Source: a virus
Taxonomy: Duplodnaviria; Heunggongvirae; Uroviricota; Caudoviricetes
Direction: 5' to 3' (one strand)
Length of the DNA stretch: 20,298 nucleotides
Virus record (IMG/VR): IMGVR_UViG_2531839662_000026
Position 1 is the first letter of the stretch; each line of letters starts with the position of its first letter. Of this stretch, positions 8,586 to 16,868 are shown in pieces. The notes beneath the pieces are model-generated. The model searched no databases, had not been told where the DNA came from, and worked only from the letters and a program-made list of their open reading frames with translations. The position numbers were made by a program, and so were the translations under genes.

Positions 8586-9836
8586 TTATCGCCATTTTAG
8601 ATAAAAAGCAAAAAATGGATCAGTAATATGCAACTTTCGGTCCTCCTTATCCCAATCTATTACAGGAGTTGAAGCTTCTTCCGTAGCAGCTATTTTAGCC
8701 ATTTTTTCTATAACACGAGTAACCTCATGAGCTTGTGGAGGAGCATCTTGCACCAGTTCGCGTATGGCTGATCTTAACTCCTCATACTGAATACTTTGCA
8801 TTCCTGGTTTCATATGTGACAATGCATATAATACAACTTTATATATATCTACTTCCTCACCACTTTTCAGTTTTCTAGGAATTCTGTCAGTTCGCTGATT
8901 AGGGCCACTAGCTAACTTATCAAATACTATTTTCCCAGTGGATTCTGCAACCTTTCTAAAAATATCATCATCTAAAGAATTAATAACTAACTTACTCGGC
9001 AAAGTTTCTTTAACATTATTTGCTAAGCATATAGCCTTGCAAAACTCTTGCATTAAATGAGGGCTTCCCAATGATTCATTGGCAATTTTATCAATTACTG
9101 AATCACTAACTTCCATGTTTAACAGAGGAAATCCCACTTTTGCTATTTGTTTTAGTTCATCCATTTCCCACGAAGGCATGGAAATATTTTCTAGCCGTCC
9201 GGTAATTTCTTTTTCAACTTTTACAGCATCATATCTTCGATGTGGAATGGCTATCAGTACAACTGGTACTCCATCAAAAACTAATGGTTTTATCGCTCTA
9301 ATAAAGTTACCTTGTAGGTCACGATCAAGGTAATGAAAGTCATCAATTATAAGACTAGACTTGGTTTGAGAGAGAACTTTTAGTGCAGAACTTTTTGCGG
9401 ATATCGTTCGCGATTTTTTATTACCATTTGACTTTCCATCCGTCTGAACTAAACCAGCCTCACCTGTACCTTTAACAACGAATGCACTTGCGGTCCCCGA
9501 TACCTTACCACTAACTGCAATAGCACTATTTTCTCCAGAATTAACTTCAATACTATGGTAGCCATTTAGTTTTTCTAATACCTGCTCCCAAATATCATCT
9601 TCAGTTGTAATACTCCCACCGTCAATCCATACAACATCATCGTCCATGACTGGGAATACCATTCTTGTAATTACAGTCTTACCAGACTTTGTTTGCCCAG
9701 TTAAAGTCACTAACTTACATAAATTATCTTTAGCACTCTCCAGTTTTCCATGAACCTCTCCTTCAGAGCGCTCAACATAAGTCAATTTCGGCATACCGCC
9801 AGGCACAAAAACTTGTGAAGCACGTTGTTTATCCAT
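8586..9836 (-). CDS. Cargo gene: 416-aa P-loop NTPase (Walker A GQTKSGKT, Walker B LIIDDFH), function unknown; candidate anti-phage or accessory ATPase
   Basis: Long ORF with an ATG start preceded by a GGGAAG Shine-Dalgarno-like sequence. Walker motifs are visible in the translation. AT-rich compared with neighbouring phage structural genes. No homologue recognised from memory. Confidence 0.7.
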   Translation of the reverse strand: MDKQRASQVFVPGGMPKLTYVERSEGEVHGKLESAKDNLCKLVTLTGQTKSGKTVITRMVFPVMDDDVVWIDGGSITTEDDIWEQVLEKLNGYHSIEVNSGENSAIAVSGKVSGTASAFVVKGTGEAGLVQTDGKSNGNKKSRTISAKSSALKVLSQTKSSLIIDDFHYLDRDLQGNFIRAIKPLVFDGVPVVLIAIPHRRYDAVKVEKEITGRLENISMPSWEMDELKQIAKVGFPLLNMEVSDSVIDKIANESLGSPHLMQEFCKAICLANNVKETLPSKLVINSLDDDIFRKVAESTGKIVFDKLASGPNQRTDRIPRKLKSGEEVDIYKVVLYALSHMKPGMQSIQYEELRSAIRELVQDAPPQAHEVTRVIEKMAKIAATEEASTPVIDWDKEDRKLHITDPFFAFYLKWR

Positions 9837-9873
9837 GAATACTTCCCAATTAACACAGCTCTAGTGAACTACG

Positions 9874-9902
9874 ATTCTAAAATAACATCTGAGCTTGGAC
9901 AA
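9874..9902 (-). promoter_or_regulatory. Candidate sigma70 promoter for the ATPase cargo gene (TTGTCC - 17 nt - TAGAAT on the - strand)
   Basis: Hexamers and spacing read from sequence, ~40-65 nt upstream of the ATG at 9836. Confidence 0.3.
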
Positions 9903-9944
9903 TTAACATTACATGATTTGAGTATTCAAAGCCACAAGCGCGCG

Positions 9945-9963
9945 CTCGTATCCCCGCCACGCC
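9945..9963 (-). other. Candidate cos (cohesive end) site: - strand reads GGCGTGGCGGGGATACGAG
   Basis: First 13 nt match my recollection of the 186 cos end (GGCGTGGCGGGGAAAGCAT; P2 is GGCGAGGCGGGGAAAGCAC). Lies in a GC-rich non-coding island between the Q-side and A-side gene blocks, where cos is expected. Confidence 0.4.
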
Positions 9964-10123
9964 TGCCCGCTTTATGTAGCGGTTTTCATGCGCCTGCATG
10001 ACATAAGCAAAATCCCGCCACTCCTGGCGGGCCTCAGCTAAAACGATCCTCAAACGATCATGCGGATTCATGCGGCATAGACATGCACAATCTCCAAAGC
10101 GGGCATCGAGACTTTTTGGAAAC

Positions 10124-10735
10124 CTACGTAACCACAGTTAATGTGTGCATCCTGTCTCGAATTGCATCACACGTCTCATCAAAAAGCTTGGTGATGGTTG
10201 TATGGTTCAACTCCGCCTCTTTCCAATAATTTTGCCCGTCAAATTCTGGATCGCTATGCTTAAACGATATTGACTCTGTAAGGCATTCCTTCCGGAAACG
10301 GTCCAAGATTATATAAACCTCTGGTGAGATGAACGGTTTGTTAGATTCAACACTTGTAACAAAAGTGTTAAATGCATCAAAAAAAACTTTCAACCTTCTA
10401 AATTTTCTCTCTTCAAATGGTTCGTTGGGGTCAACATGATCCAGCGCAGGCCTCAGCTTAAGCACGCTTTCTCTGGTTTCAAACATCGAATTCCAAATGA
10501 GACTATATGCTGATAACTCCTTATCAAAATACGCTTTCGTTACATAAACAGAATTGTCTAACTTAGCCTTTATTCTTTCATTAGTTGCACTCAGTTGTGA
10601 TTGAAATTCAGCAATATCTTTGTTTAGCCGCGACTTATATCTTTCTAAATAAACTTTCCCGATCCAAACAAATATGCCAGATGCAACAAAAGACACCCCA
10701 CCCAACGAAGCCAGAACTTTAAAGACTAAATCCAT
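10124..10735 (-). CDS. Cargo gene: 203-aa protein with one N-terminal transmembrane helix, function unknown
   Basis: ATG at 10735 with a GGTGG Shine-Dalgarno-like sequence upstream. N-terminus VLASLGGVSFVASGIFVWIG is hydrophobic. AT-rich. A TATAAT -10 hexamer lies about 20-25 nt upstream of the ATG. Confidence 0.6.
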   Translation of the reverse strand: MDLVFKVLASLGGVSFVASGIFVWIGKVYLERYKSRLNKDIAEFQSQLSATNERIKAKLDNSVYVTKAYFDKELSAYSLIWNSMFETRESVLKLRPALDHVDPNEPFEERKFRRLKVFFDAFNTFVTSVESNKPFISPEVYIILDRFRKECLTESISFKHSDPEFDGQNYWKEAELNHTTITKLFDETCDAIRDRMHTLTVVT

Positions 10736-10783
10736 TGCGCCCCCACCTGCAAAAATAGTATTCCATTATAAGCTAATACATTT

Positions 10784-10999
10784 TTAATCAAACAGGGGAT
10801 AATTCGCGTCAACCTCATCACTTCTCTGCTCTCCCCTGGTGACTTCCATCAAAAACCCCAGGCCGTCATATAGCGAAACGGGGAATTCCAGCTCAAGCCA
10901 GAAGCAGTCTTCATAGATGCGGCCCAACCAAAAACCTCCGCCACACTCCTTTGGGCGTTGAAAGAAGACCCAGTCGCCAAGGGTTAAACGTTCCAGCAC
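10784..10999 (-). CDS. Hypothetical 71-aa ORF (GTG start), possibly the 3' part of an amber-interrupted gene
   Basis: ORF from the six-frame track. In the same frame, 45 nt upstream, an ATG with an RBS opens MGKKDSNHQIIYRG and then hits TAG immediately before the GTG. Confidence 0.3.
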   Translation of the reverse strand: MLERLTLGDWVFFQRPKECGGGFWLGRIYEDCFWLELEFPVSLYDGLGFLMEVTRGEQRSDEVDANYPLFD

Positions 11000-11117
11000 C
11001 TAGCCCCGATAAATAATCTGGTGATTACTGTCTTTTTTACCCATGGCTAACGCCTCGCTACTCTCGTTGTTCAACCTTGCTGACGTCAGATTCAAGTTCT
11101 TACATCAGGAACGTTCC

Positions 11118-11351
11118 TTAGTGCAGCCAGCTGTCGTCTTCCCAAACCTGTTGCATAATTTCCATCACCCGCTTTTTGTCTTCATCAAGCTTTAAGCCAC
11201 TCAGCTCAACGCCGTTTGCCGACCCTTTACGGATGCGGATAGCGGTCTTGGGATAGATGGGTTGCAGGTTGCGGTAAAGCTCGGACTCCAGAGCGTCCAG
11301 GGTAGACTGGCTAATCTTCTGCTCTTTATCGATCATTATTTCAATGCGCAT
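11118..11351 (-). CDS. DinI-family protein (~77 aa)
   Basis: Translation from the internal ATG, MRIEIMIDKEQKISQSTLDALESELYRNLQPIYP...VMEIMQQVWEDDSWLH, aligns with recalled E. coli DinI (MRIEVTIAKTSPLPAGAIDALAGELSRRIQYAFP...ISEILQETWESADDWF). GAGGTG RBS upstream of the ATG at 11351. Confidence 0.75.
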   Translation of the reverse strand: MRIEIMIDKEQKISQSTLDALESELYRNLQPIYPKTAIRIRKGSANGVELSGLKLDEDKKRVMEIMQQVWEDDSWLH

Positions 11352-11361
11352 AAAAGTCACC

Positions 11362-11550
11362 TCAGCTGATGACATCCATTGAGCGGTTGTATTCGTGGCT
11401 TCTGATTTTTGCCATGAGTTCATCAGTCAATTCAGAAACCCACTGCAGGGCCAGCCCCTTCTCTTCATCACTACACTCACTAGCCGCTACAAGCTTAAGA
11501 AAAAAATCAATGCGCTGGAGCTTCAAAGACTCCAAAAAATAGTCCTGCAT
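11362..11550 (-). CDS. Hypothetical 62-aa protein, first gene of the DinI-like operon; possible Tum-like antirepressor N-terminal module
   Basis: ATG at 11550 preceded by a perfect AGGAGG RBS. Position is equivalent to the 186 tum locus, downstream of A and near cos. The function is inferred from position only. Confidence 0.45.
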   Translation of the reverse strand: MQDYFLESLKLQRIDFFLKLVAASECSDEEKGLALQWVSELTDELMAKIRSHEYNRSMDVIS

Positions 11551-11593
11551 CTTTCCTCCTATGACACCGCAAACAATACTGTATAGATAACCA

Positions 11594-11609
11594 CTATTTA
11601 TATTTACAG
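11594..11609. promoter_or_regulatory. Degenerate LexA-box-like sequence (CTAT-N8-ACAG) overlapping a candidate -10 (TATACT) upstream of the 62-aa/DinI-like operon
   Basis: Read from sequence: 16 of 20 positions match TACTGTATATATATACAGTA, with one mismatch in a core CTGT half-site. On the - strand a TTTACA -35-like hexamer lies about 15 nt upstream of the -10. Confidence 0.3.
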
Positions 11610-11703
11610 TATATAATAATCTTACTGATGTAAAACGTTTTTTTACGTTCATCAGCCTGATATGCCTGGTATTATTAAGAGCACGAATTGTTAACCCGCG
11701 TAA

Positions 11704-14118
11704 TTAATACAGGTTCCGCCACTTATCATCTTCCTGCAAACGCTGGTTCCGATAGAAGACACGCAGGCCTGCTCCTGACGGAATACTGCCGCCGCGAAGG
11801 AGTAAATCGACCTCTTTCTCGCTGCCATCAAATCCTCTGGACTTCAGTTCATAGACGAGCTGCTGTCGTTGATGGTCTGTAATTCGCTGTTTGTAGTCTC
11901 TACGCCGTTTCGGTTTCACCAGGCGTAACCTTGCAGCCAGTTCCCGGCGCTCTTTTTTGTTCATACTGTGCAGGTAATCGTGCAACTCCTTGTCATCCAT
12001 GTGGGTAATGTCCGTTCTGGTATCCCCATCAGCTGATTTGTCTTTCCCTTGTTGGTTCAAATTTTCAGCAAGGGGACAGTTATTGCCACGAGTCCAAGGG
12101 GCGCAAGCGCCCTGGTCGGCTGCCGCCTCCTGAACGTCAACGGCCTTACGAACCATTTTCCACTTCACCGCATGAGTGCAGATCTTGCCCTCTGCAATGG
12201 GTGACCAGATGCCATAAATACGAATACCGTGATCGCCATAGGCGGTTGGCTCTTCGTTGATTTCATAAGCGGTTCTGATGAGGTGATATTTACGGGGAAC
12301 CAGTACGCCGCCCTGCTTCATGATATAGGTGGCAAAACAACCAGCATCAGCAGCAGCCAGAATGGCATCAAGGCGCGGGTTATCCAGTACCGGCGCACCT
12401 GCTTTTTTGTCACCCTGTTGCCTTGCCGCCTGACCAGCCAGCAATCGCAGTTCACGGTAAGCCTGACGCCCCGGAATGCCAAAGAAGCGGAATTGCTGAA
12501 CACGATGCAGAGACGCCCAGGCATTAACGTATTCAGCGTTATCACGCAGGGATTTACCCGTTTCCTTGCTGATCTCCCCAGCCAGACCACGCCCGTCAAT
12601 GTTCTTACTGATGTATTTCGCGATATAGCTTGTTGGCGTACCTTTGCGCGGGTTTATCAGCTCAGACTTAAAGCGTGGTCCCGTGTTATTGCCCAGCTCC
12701 TCGCGGTCTTCACGGATGGCAAACTTACGCAGTAATGCAGTGATGGCGCGGCGGTCTTTTTTACGCATGAAACACATGAGATGCCAGTGCACAGTACCGT
12801 CATGATGCGGCTCAGCTACCCGCACGCCATACCAGCGCAACTCGGCTTTATGCATAGCCTTACGAAATGCAGCAAACATGCCGACCAGATAATCGCTACT
12901 TTGTCTTACCGTCGCGTTTGTCCAGGTCGGGTTTGGTCTGCCGTTATTGAGCGTGGAATGGAAACGCGACGGACAGGTGATAGTGTAGAAAACGGCACAG
13001 TCACTGCGCATTTCCGCGATAAGCTCCAGACCTTTAACACAGGCCATCATCTCATTGCGGCGATGCGCCGGGTTGCTGCTGCTGGCGTTTACCACATCTT
13101 CCATATCCAGCGTGTCGCCGTCTTCGTTCACCAGTTCATGAGAACGAAAAAACTCCAGCGACTTACGGCGCTGCTCACGTTTATGCATCACGGCTTCATA
13201 GCTGACATAGGGGGATGCTTTTTTGCTGACCAGGCAGACAGCACGCAACTGCTCTTCCCGCCATTCGCAACGCATCTTCCATAATTTCCGATACCACCAG
13301 TCGGCACACAACATACGCGCCAGCGAACCCGGGATGAGTTCATAGGGCACTGGTTTGCGGCGGTTTCTTTTCCGACGAAGTTTCTCAAATGCAGGCGGGA
13401 TAACATCCAGACGCAGGGTTTCCGCTGCCACCTTTTCCCATGTCTTGCGGATTTCTTCTGGCTTAACGTCATCGGTGGCATACAAATCACCACAAGCGTC
13501 CTCAAGACACATGCTCATATGCGCTGCTACCAGGGTGGACAGGCGTTTCACCTGATCCTGGCTCATTTCAGGCAGGATCAGCAGACCCTCCAGCCCTTGA
13601 TGGCTTGCCATAAAACGGAAAGAAACAGATAGCTGACTGTCACGTACACAATCCAGTCGCTCCAGACATGGCTTAATCGTCTCACGCAAATAGCGGGAAT
13701 AAGCCTTTGGCCTGCCCAGGCTGCTGAAGTATTCAATACGTTGCATCAGCGGCTTGCTGATATGGGAAGGCTGGGCGTTTACGTCCGCCAGAATGACCAT
13801 GTCCGGATTAAAACGCTGCTGCTCATGCGCCAGCTTTGCCCGGCTAATGAGCTTATCCTGCTCCATTTCGCGCTGGACAGGATCACGGGATTCATTAAAG
13901 AAATAACGCTCCCAGACCTGCTCACTCAGTGCCTCGCGGCGCAGTTGTTCCTGCTCGTTATCGGCAGCGTACAGAGTGATCAGGTTTGAAAGTGCAGACT
14001 CCGGCGCAACTTCCGCCGGGTCCAGATAAGGGTTAATGGCCTTTTTCGAGCCGTTCCATGAAAATGCTGCGGCGGCCTCGTTAAAGCCGCTGCAATTGTT
14101 CATATCGTCATGACTCAT
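11704..14118 (-). CDS. A: Replication initiation endonuclease (P2 gpA family rolling-circle initiator)
   Basis: ~800-aa ORF with the conserved tyrosine motif [10 protein letters not shown] and overall similarity to recalled P2/186 A. Start placed at the ATG at 14118, which overlaps the dam stop (ATGA); the ORF track extends to a GTG at 14124. Confidence 0.88.
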   Translation of the reverse strand: MSHDDMNNCSGFNEAAAAFSWNGSKKAINPYLDPAEVAPESALSNLITLYAADNEQEQLRREALSEQVWERYFFNESRDPVQREMEQDKLISRAKLAHEQQRFNPDMVILADVNAQPSHISKPLMQRIEYFSSLGRPKAYSRYLRETIKPCLERLDCVRDSQLSVSFRFMASHQGLEGLLILPEMSQDQVKRLSTLVAAHMSMCLEDACGDLYATDDVKPEEIRKTWEKVAAETLRLDVIPPAFEKLRRKRNRRKPVPYELIPGSLARMLCADWWYRKLWKMRCEWREEQLRAVCLVSKKASPYVSYEAVMHKREQRRKSLEFFRSHELVNEDGDTLDMEDVVNASSSNPAHRRNEMMACVKGLELIAEMRSDCAVFYTITCPSRFHSTLNNGRPNPTWTNATVRQSSDYLVGMFAAFRKAMHKAELRWYGVRVAEPHHDGTVHWHLMCFMRKKDRRAITALLRKFAIREDREELGNNTGPRFKSELINPRKGTPTSYIAKYISKNIDGRGLAGEISKETGKSLRDNAEYVNAWASLHRVQQFRFFGIPGRQAYRELRLLAGQAARQQGDKKAGAPVLDNPRLDAILAAADAGCFATYIMKQGGVLVPRKYHLIRTAYEINEEPTAYGDHGIRIYGIWSPIAEGKICTHAVKWKMVRKAVDVQEAAADQGACAPWTRGNNCPLAENLNQQGKDKSADGDTRTDITHMDDKELHDYLHSMNKKERRELAARLRLVKPKRRRDYKQRITDHQRQQLVYELKSRGFDGSEKEVDLLLRGGSIPSGAGLRVFYRNQRLQEDDKWRNLY

Positions 14119-14972
14119 ACACACACTCCGTACACGGCAGAACTATCCACGCCACGCGAAGGATCAAATCCCAACCAGCAGCTCGGCCCGGAAACAGCAA
14201 TGATTTCTGTTGCAGATTTACCCTCGCCAGCTGACACGCCGATGCTGCGTTTTGCCTTGATATAGTGGTGAGTAAAATTGCGATACAGCGAACGAATCAG
14301 GGATGTGTCATTGTTAGAAACAATGACCGGATGTCCTTCTGATGACCGATGTTCAAGAATGGATGCCAGGTGATACTGGTCATCTTCAGTGAAACCATCA
14401 GTGTGATAGCCGGAAAACGTACCGTCATACGGCGGATCGCAATACACCACATCCCCCACCTGCAGCATCGCCAGCGTTTCATCAAAGCTCGCGCAGATAA
14501 ACGTTGCCCGCTGGGCTTTCTCTGCAAATGCGCGAATTTCTTTTTCAGGGAAATACGGATTTTTATAATTACCGTAGGGAATGTTGAAATACCCGCTCTT
14601 GTTATAGCGACATAAACCACGGTAACCGTGACGATTGAGATACAGGAAATATATCGCCTTCATGAAATCAGTAATTTCAGTTGAGTAATTAAACTCCTGT
14701 CTTATGTTGTAATAAGCCAGCTCACTGTTTGCTTCCTCAAATAAAACTTTGGCACGAGATATAAACGCTTCGCAATCAGCGGCAATCTTTTTATAGAGGT
14801 TGATTAAATCAGGATTAATATCCGCAACCAGATAGCTGGGGTAATCCGTCGCCATCATCACAGCACAAGAACCCGCGAAAGGTTCAACCAGTCGCGGGCC
14901 AGCAGGAAGGTATTTTTTCAGTTCGGACATAATGGCGGTTTTATTACCCGCCCATTTCAGGATGGTGCTCAT
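14115..14972 (-). CDS. dam: Dam-like N6-adenine DNA methyltransferase (~285 aa)
   Basis: Translation [11 protein letters not shown]...[11 protein letters not shown]...[15 protein letters not shown]...VYCDPPY... carries the KWAGxK, FxGxG and DPPY motifs and aligns with recalled E. coli Dam. Start trimmed to the ATG at 14972, which overlaps the upstream stop. Confidence 0.85.
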   Translation of the reverse strand: MSTILKWAGNKTAIMSELKKYLPAGPRLVEPFAGSCAVMMATDYPSYLVADINPDLINLYKKIAADCEAFISRAKVLFEEANSELAYYNIRQEFNYSTEITDFMKAIYFLYLNRHGYRGLCRYNKSGYFNIPYGNYKNPYFPEKEIRAFAEKAQRATFICASFDETLAMLQVGDVVYCDPPYDGTFSGYHTDGFTEDDQYHLASILEHRSSEGHPVIVSNNDTSLIRSLYRNFTHHYIKAKRSIGVSAGEGKSATEIIAVSGPSCWLGFDPSRGVDSSAVYGVCV

Positions 14973-15196
14973 ACAGCACCTCCGTTGTAATGTTTGCCTT
15001 TCAGCTCTGCGATTTCCTGGCAGGTAATGCAAAGCTGCACTCCAGGAATGGCACGGCGGCGTGCTGGCGGAATTGGCGCTTCACACTCAACGCAAAGCAC
15101 GCGGGACACGCCCGGCGTTTTGGCACGGGCAGCACGGATATGGCGTTGGCGTTCTTCTTCAACGCGCTGCTGTACGAGATCCATTGCATCAGCCAT
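14969..15196 (-). CDS. TraR/DksA-family C4 zinc-finger protein (75 aa)
   Basis: C-x2-C-x17-C-x2-C motif (CVECEAPIPPARRRAIPGVQLCITC) in the translation. A protein of this family occupies the same position in P2-like early operons. Confidence 0.7.
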   Translation of the reverse strand: MADAMDLVQQRVEEERQRHIRAARAKTPGVSRVLCVECEAPIPPARRRAIPGVQLCITCQEIAELKGKHYNGGAV

Positions 15197-15429
15197 CAGT
15201 GGATCTCCTGCGCTTCGTTCTGGATTGCTTCAGCAGTCACACGCAGCAGTTCTGCCGCTTCGACGTGGTTTAGCTGGCGGGAGGTGATATGACACGCCAG
15301 GCTATCGAGGCGAGCAGCCATTGCTTCAGCCCTTGCCCGGCGTTCTTCCAGACGAGCCTCTGTCAGTAAAAGATTAAGACCTGCATCATCCGGTCCGGTT
15401 TTGGTCGTGAGGGTTTCAATATTACGCAT
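15196..15429 (-). CDS. Hypothetical early-operon protein (~77 aa)
   Basis: ORF with an ATG at 15429 preceded by an AGGAG RBS; its stop overlaps the downstream start (ATGA). No function recognised. Confidence 0.5.
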   Translation of the reverse strand: MRNIETLTTKTGPDDAGLNLLLTEARLEERRARAEAMAARLDSLACHITSRQLNHVEAAELLRVTAEAIQNEAQEIH

Positions 15430-15496
15430 AAGCAATGCTCCTGAATTTAGATAAAGGGATGCCCGGCGGGTTTACGCCATTAATTTCATTAGTTGG

Positions 15497-15838
15497 TTAA
15501 TTCGGCATGGTTAGCCGTCTGGGAAATAAGCTCACCACTGCACGAAAATGATTCATTGCTTTAATCAACTCCCGCTTTTCGTCAGTGGTCAGCTCATTAA
15601 TGCTGATGCTATGACGTTCAGCTGGAATTTTTGCCATAAAGAATATGGCAGCCAGTGCCCGTTTATTTTGTTCATTATTGATATCCCGTGGATCACGCAT
15701 ATCTTTAATAAACCGCTCAAGCTCTGACTCAATATTCAAACCAAAAACTTTCGCCCTTAATTCCGCTATGTGATTAAGTCCATTCAGGCGTTCACCGGGG
15801 CTTAATGGAACAGTCGCCGCAGCGCCTTCAATAGCCAT
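15497..15838 (-). CDS. Hypothetical early-operon protein (113 aa)
   Basis: ATG start with a G-rich RBS; lies in the early lytic operon between cII and A. No motif recognised. Confidence 0.5.
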   Translation of the reverse strand: MAIEGAAATVPLSPGERLNGLNHIAELRAKVFGLNIESELERFIKDMRDPRDINNEQNKRALAAIFFMAKIPAERHSISINELTTDEKRELIKAMNHFRAVVSLFPRRLTMPN

Positions 15839-16002
15839 TTGTTCCCCCGTTTTTTCGTAGATAGTTCTGCCAGCAATTCATCTTGTGAACGGCACGGATG
15901 CCAGCGTTTACCATCCTCACCCATGATCCAGCCGTGACCGTAGTGCATTGCCGGGCTTTGTTTTACCAGCAGCGATGCAAATGATGGTTCTTTCGTCAGC
16001 AT
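15802..16002 (-). CDS. Hypothetical small protein (~66 aa) immediately downstream of cII
   Basis: Internal ATG at 16002 with a GAGGTG RBS. Overlaps the next gene by ~37 nt, so the call is weak. Confidence 0.3.
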   Translation of the reverse strand: MLTKEPSFASLLVKQSPAMHYGHGWIMGEDGKRWHPCRSQDELLAELSTKKRGNKWLLKALRRLFH

Positions 16003-16009
16003 AAGCACC

Positions 16010-16519
16010 TCACAGCAAACCGAATGAAGCACCGAGGCCAGTCACGGTATCAACTGCACTCGCCATCGCAGGATTAGCCTGTAAACGGGCCTGCAATGAA
16101 ACAGCAGCCAGCGCCATCAGTCGTGTTACAGAGTTAATGCTGCTGATAGCATCACGACGACCGGCACTAGTTTTTACATCACCAGATACCGCACCTGCTG
16201 CAACACGTCCGATCTCTGCAGTTGCGCTCATGACGTAATGCGGCAGTTTCTCTTTTGCAACCTCATTAATCGGTACACATGGCAGGCAGTGAATCTGTGC
16301 CAGAAAACCATCTACCAGCGTTGAATCTTCAGTCAGATCGGTAAGCAGCCAGATTTCTGGTGCGGTTAATAAATGAGGTTGAGATGGGTTCAGCTTGTTC
16401 CGCAGAATCTGCACATTCATGCCAGCACGTTCTGCCAGTTGCACCAGGTTGTGGCGCAATGCGAATGCACGACAGGCTTCATCAAAATGTGGATGTTTGG
16501 AAACTTGGTAATCAAACAT
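16010..16519 (-). CDS. cII: CII-like lysogeny-establishment transcription activator (186 CII family, ~169 aa)
   Basis: Translation from the internal Met, [49 protein letters not shown]...[24 protein letters not shown]..., matches recalled 186 CII almost residue for residue. Start trimmed from the ORF-track coordinate 16573 to 16519. Confidence 0.85.
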
Positions 16520-16551
16520 GGTCGACACCCCTGATGTATCCCAAAATGGAA

Positions 16552-16773
16552 CTAGTTGAATACAACATTGCAATCAGTAAGTGCATCAACGGTAAGAGCA
16601 GCAAGGTTGATCATCACCTTTTCTCTTTTCTTGTCTTTCCGAAGGCGATGCCGAGGGATGCGACCGTCAGCCAGCATATCGTTAATTGTGTCGATTGAAA
16701 GACCAGTAAGTTCGCTATAACGCTCAATTGTGACATGTGGCGTATTCAGAGTTATTGAAATGTTAGGGGTCAT
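16552..16773 (-). CDS. apl: Apl-like excisionase / transcriptional repressor (186 Apl, P2 Cox analogue), ~73 aa
   Basis: Translation from the ATG at 16773, [44 protein letters not shown]..., is a small HTH protein; first gene of the early lytic operon, divergent from cI. Match to 186 Apl is from memory. Confidence 0.8.
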
Positions 16774-16868
16774 GATGCAACATCTCCTATTGGCTTGTGG
16801 TGAGCCTGTAGTAATCGTGACAAGTACCCAAATGGGGACAAAACTGATACTAGGATCGCAAAAGAGAT
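16774..16868. promoter_or_regulatory. Immunity switch region between divergent apl and cI (expected site of lytic and lysogenic promoters and CI operators)
   Basis: 95-bp intergenic region between the two divergently oriented regulators. Individual promoter hexamers and operators could not be assigned confidently by eye. Confidence 0.5.

Noticed and set aside
9877-10071. 64-aa - strand ORF in the GC-rich region between the two cargo genes
   Set aside because: Overlaps the cos-like sequence in a non-coding island, has no convincing RBS, and the region is better explained as the packaging site.
11560-11660. Canonical LexA box (CTGT-N8-ACAG) upstream of the DinI-like operon
   Set aside because: Only a one-mismatch version (CTAT-N8-ACAG) and widely spaced half-sites are present, so it is reported as a low-confidence candidate rather than a definite operator.
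11620-11660. Inverted repeat ctgatg...catcag with an internal T-run just downstream of the A stop codon
   Set aside because: The stem is interrupted and the T-run lies inside the loop rather than after the stem, so it does not look like a clean intrinsic terminator.
12229-13555. Several ORFs (93-168 aa) on both strands within the A gene
   Set aside because: Overlap the 800-aa replication protein frame, which is conserved end to end; no independent signals.
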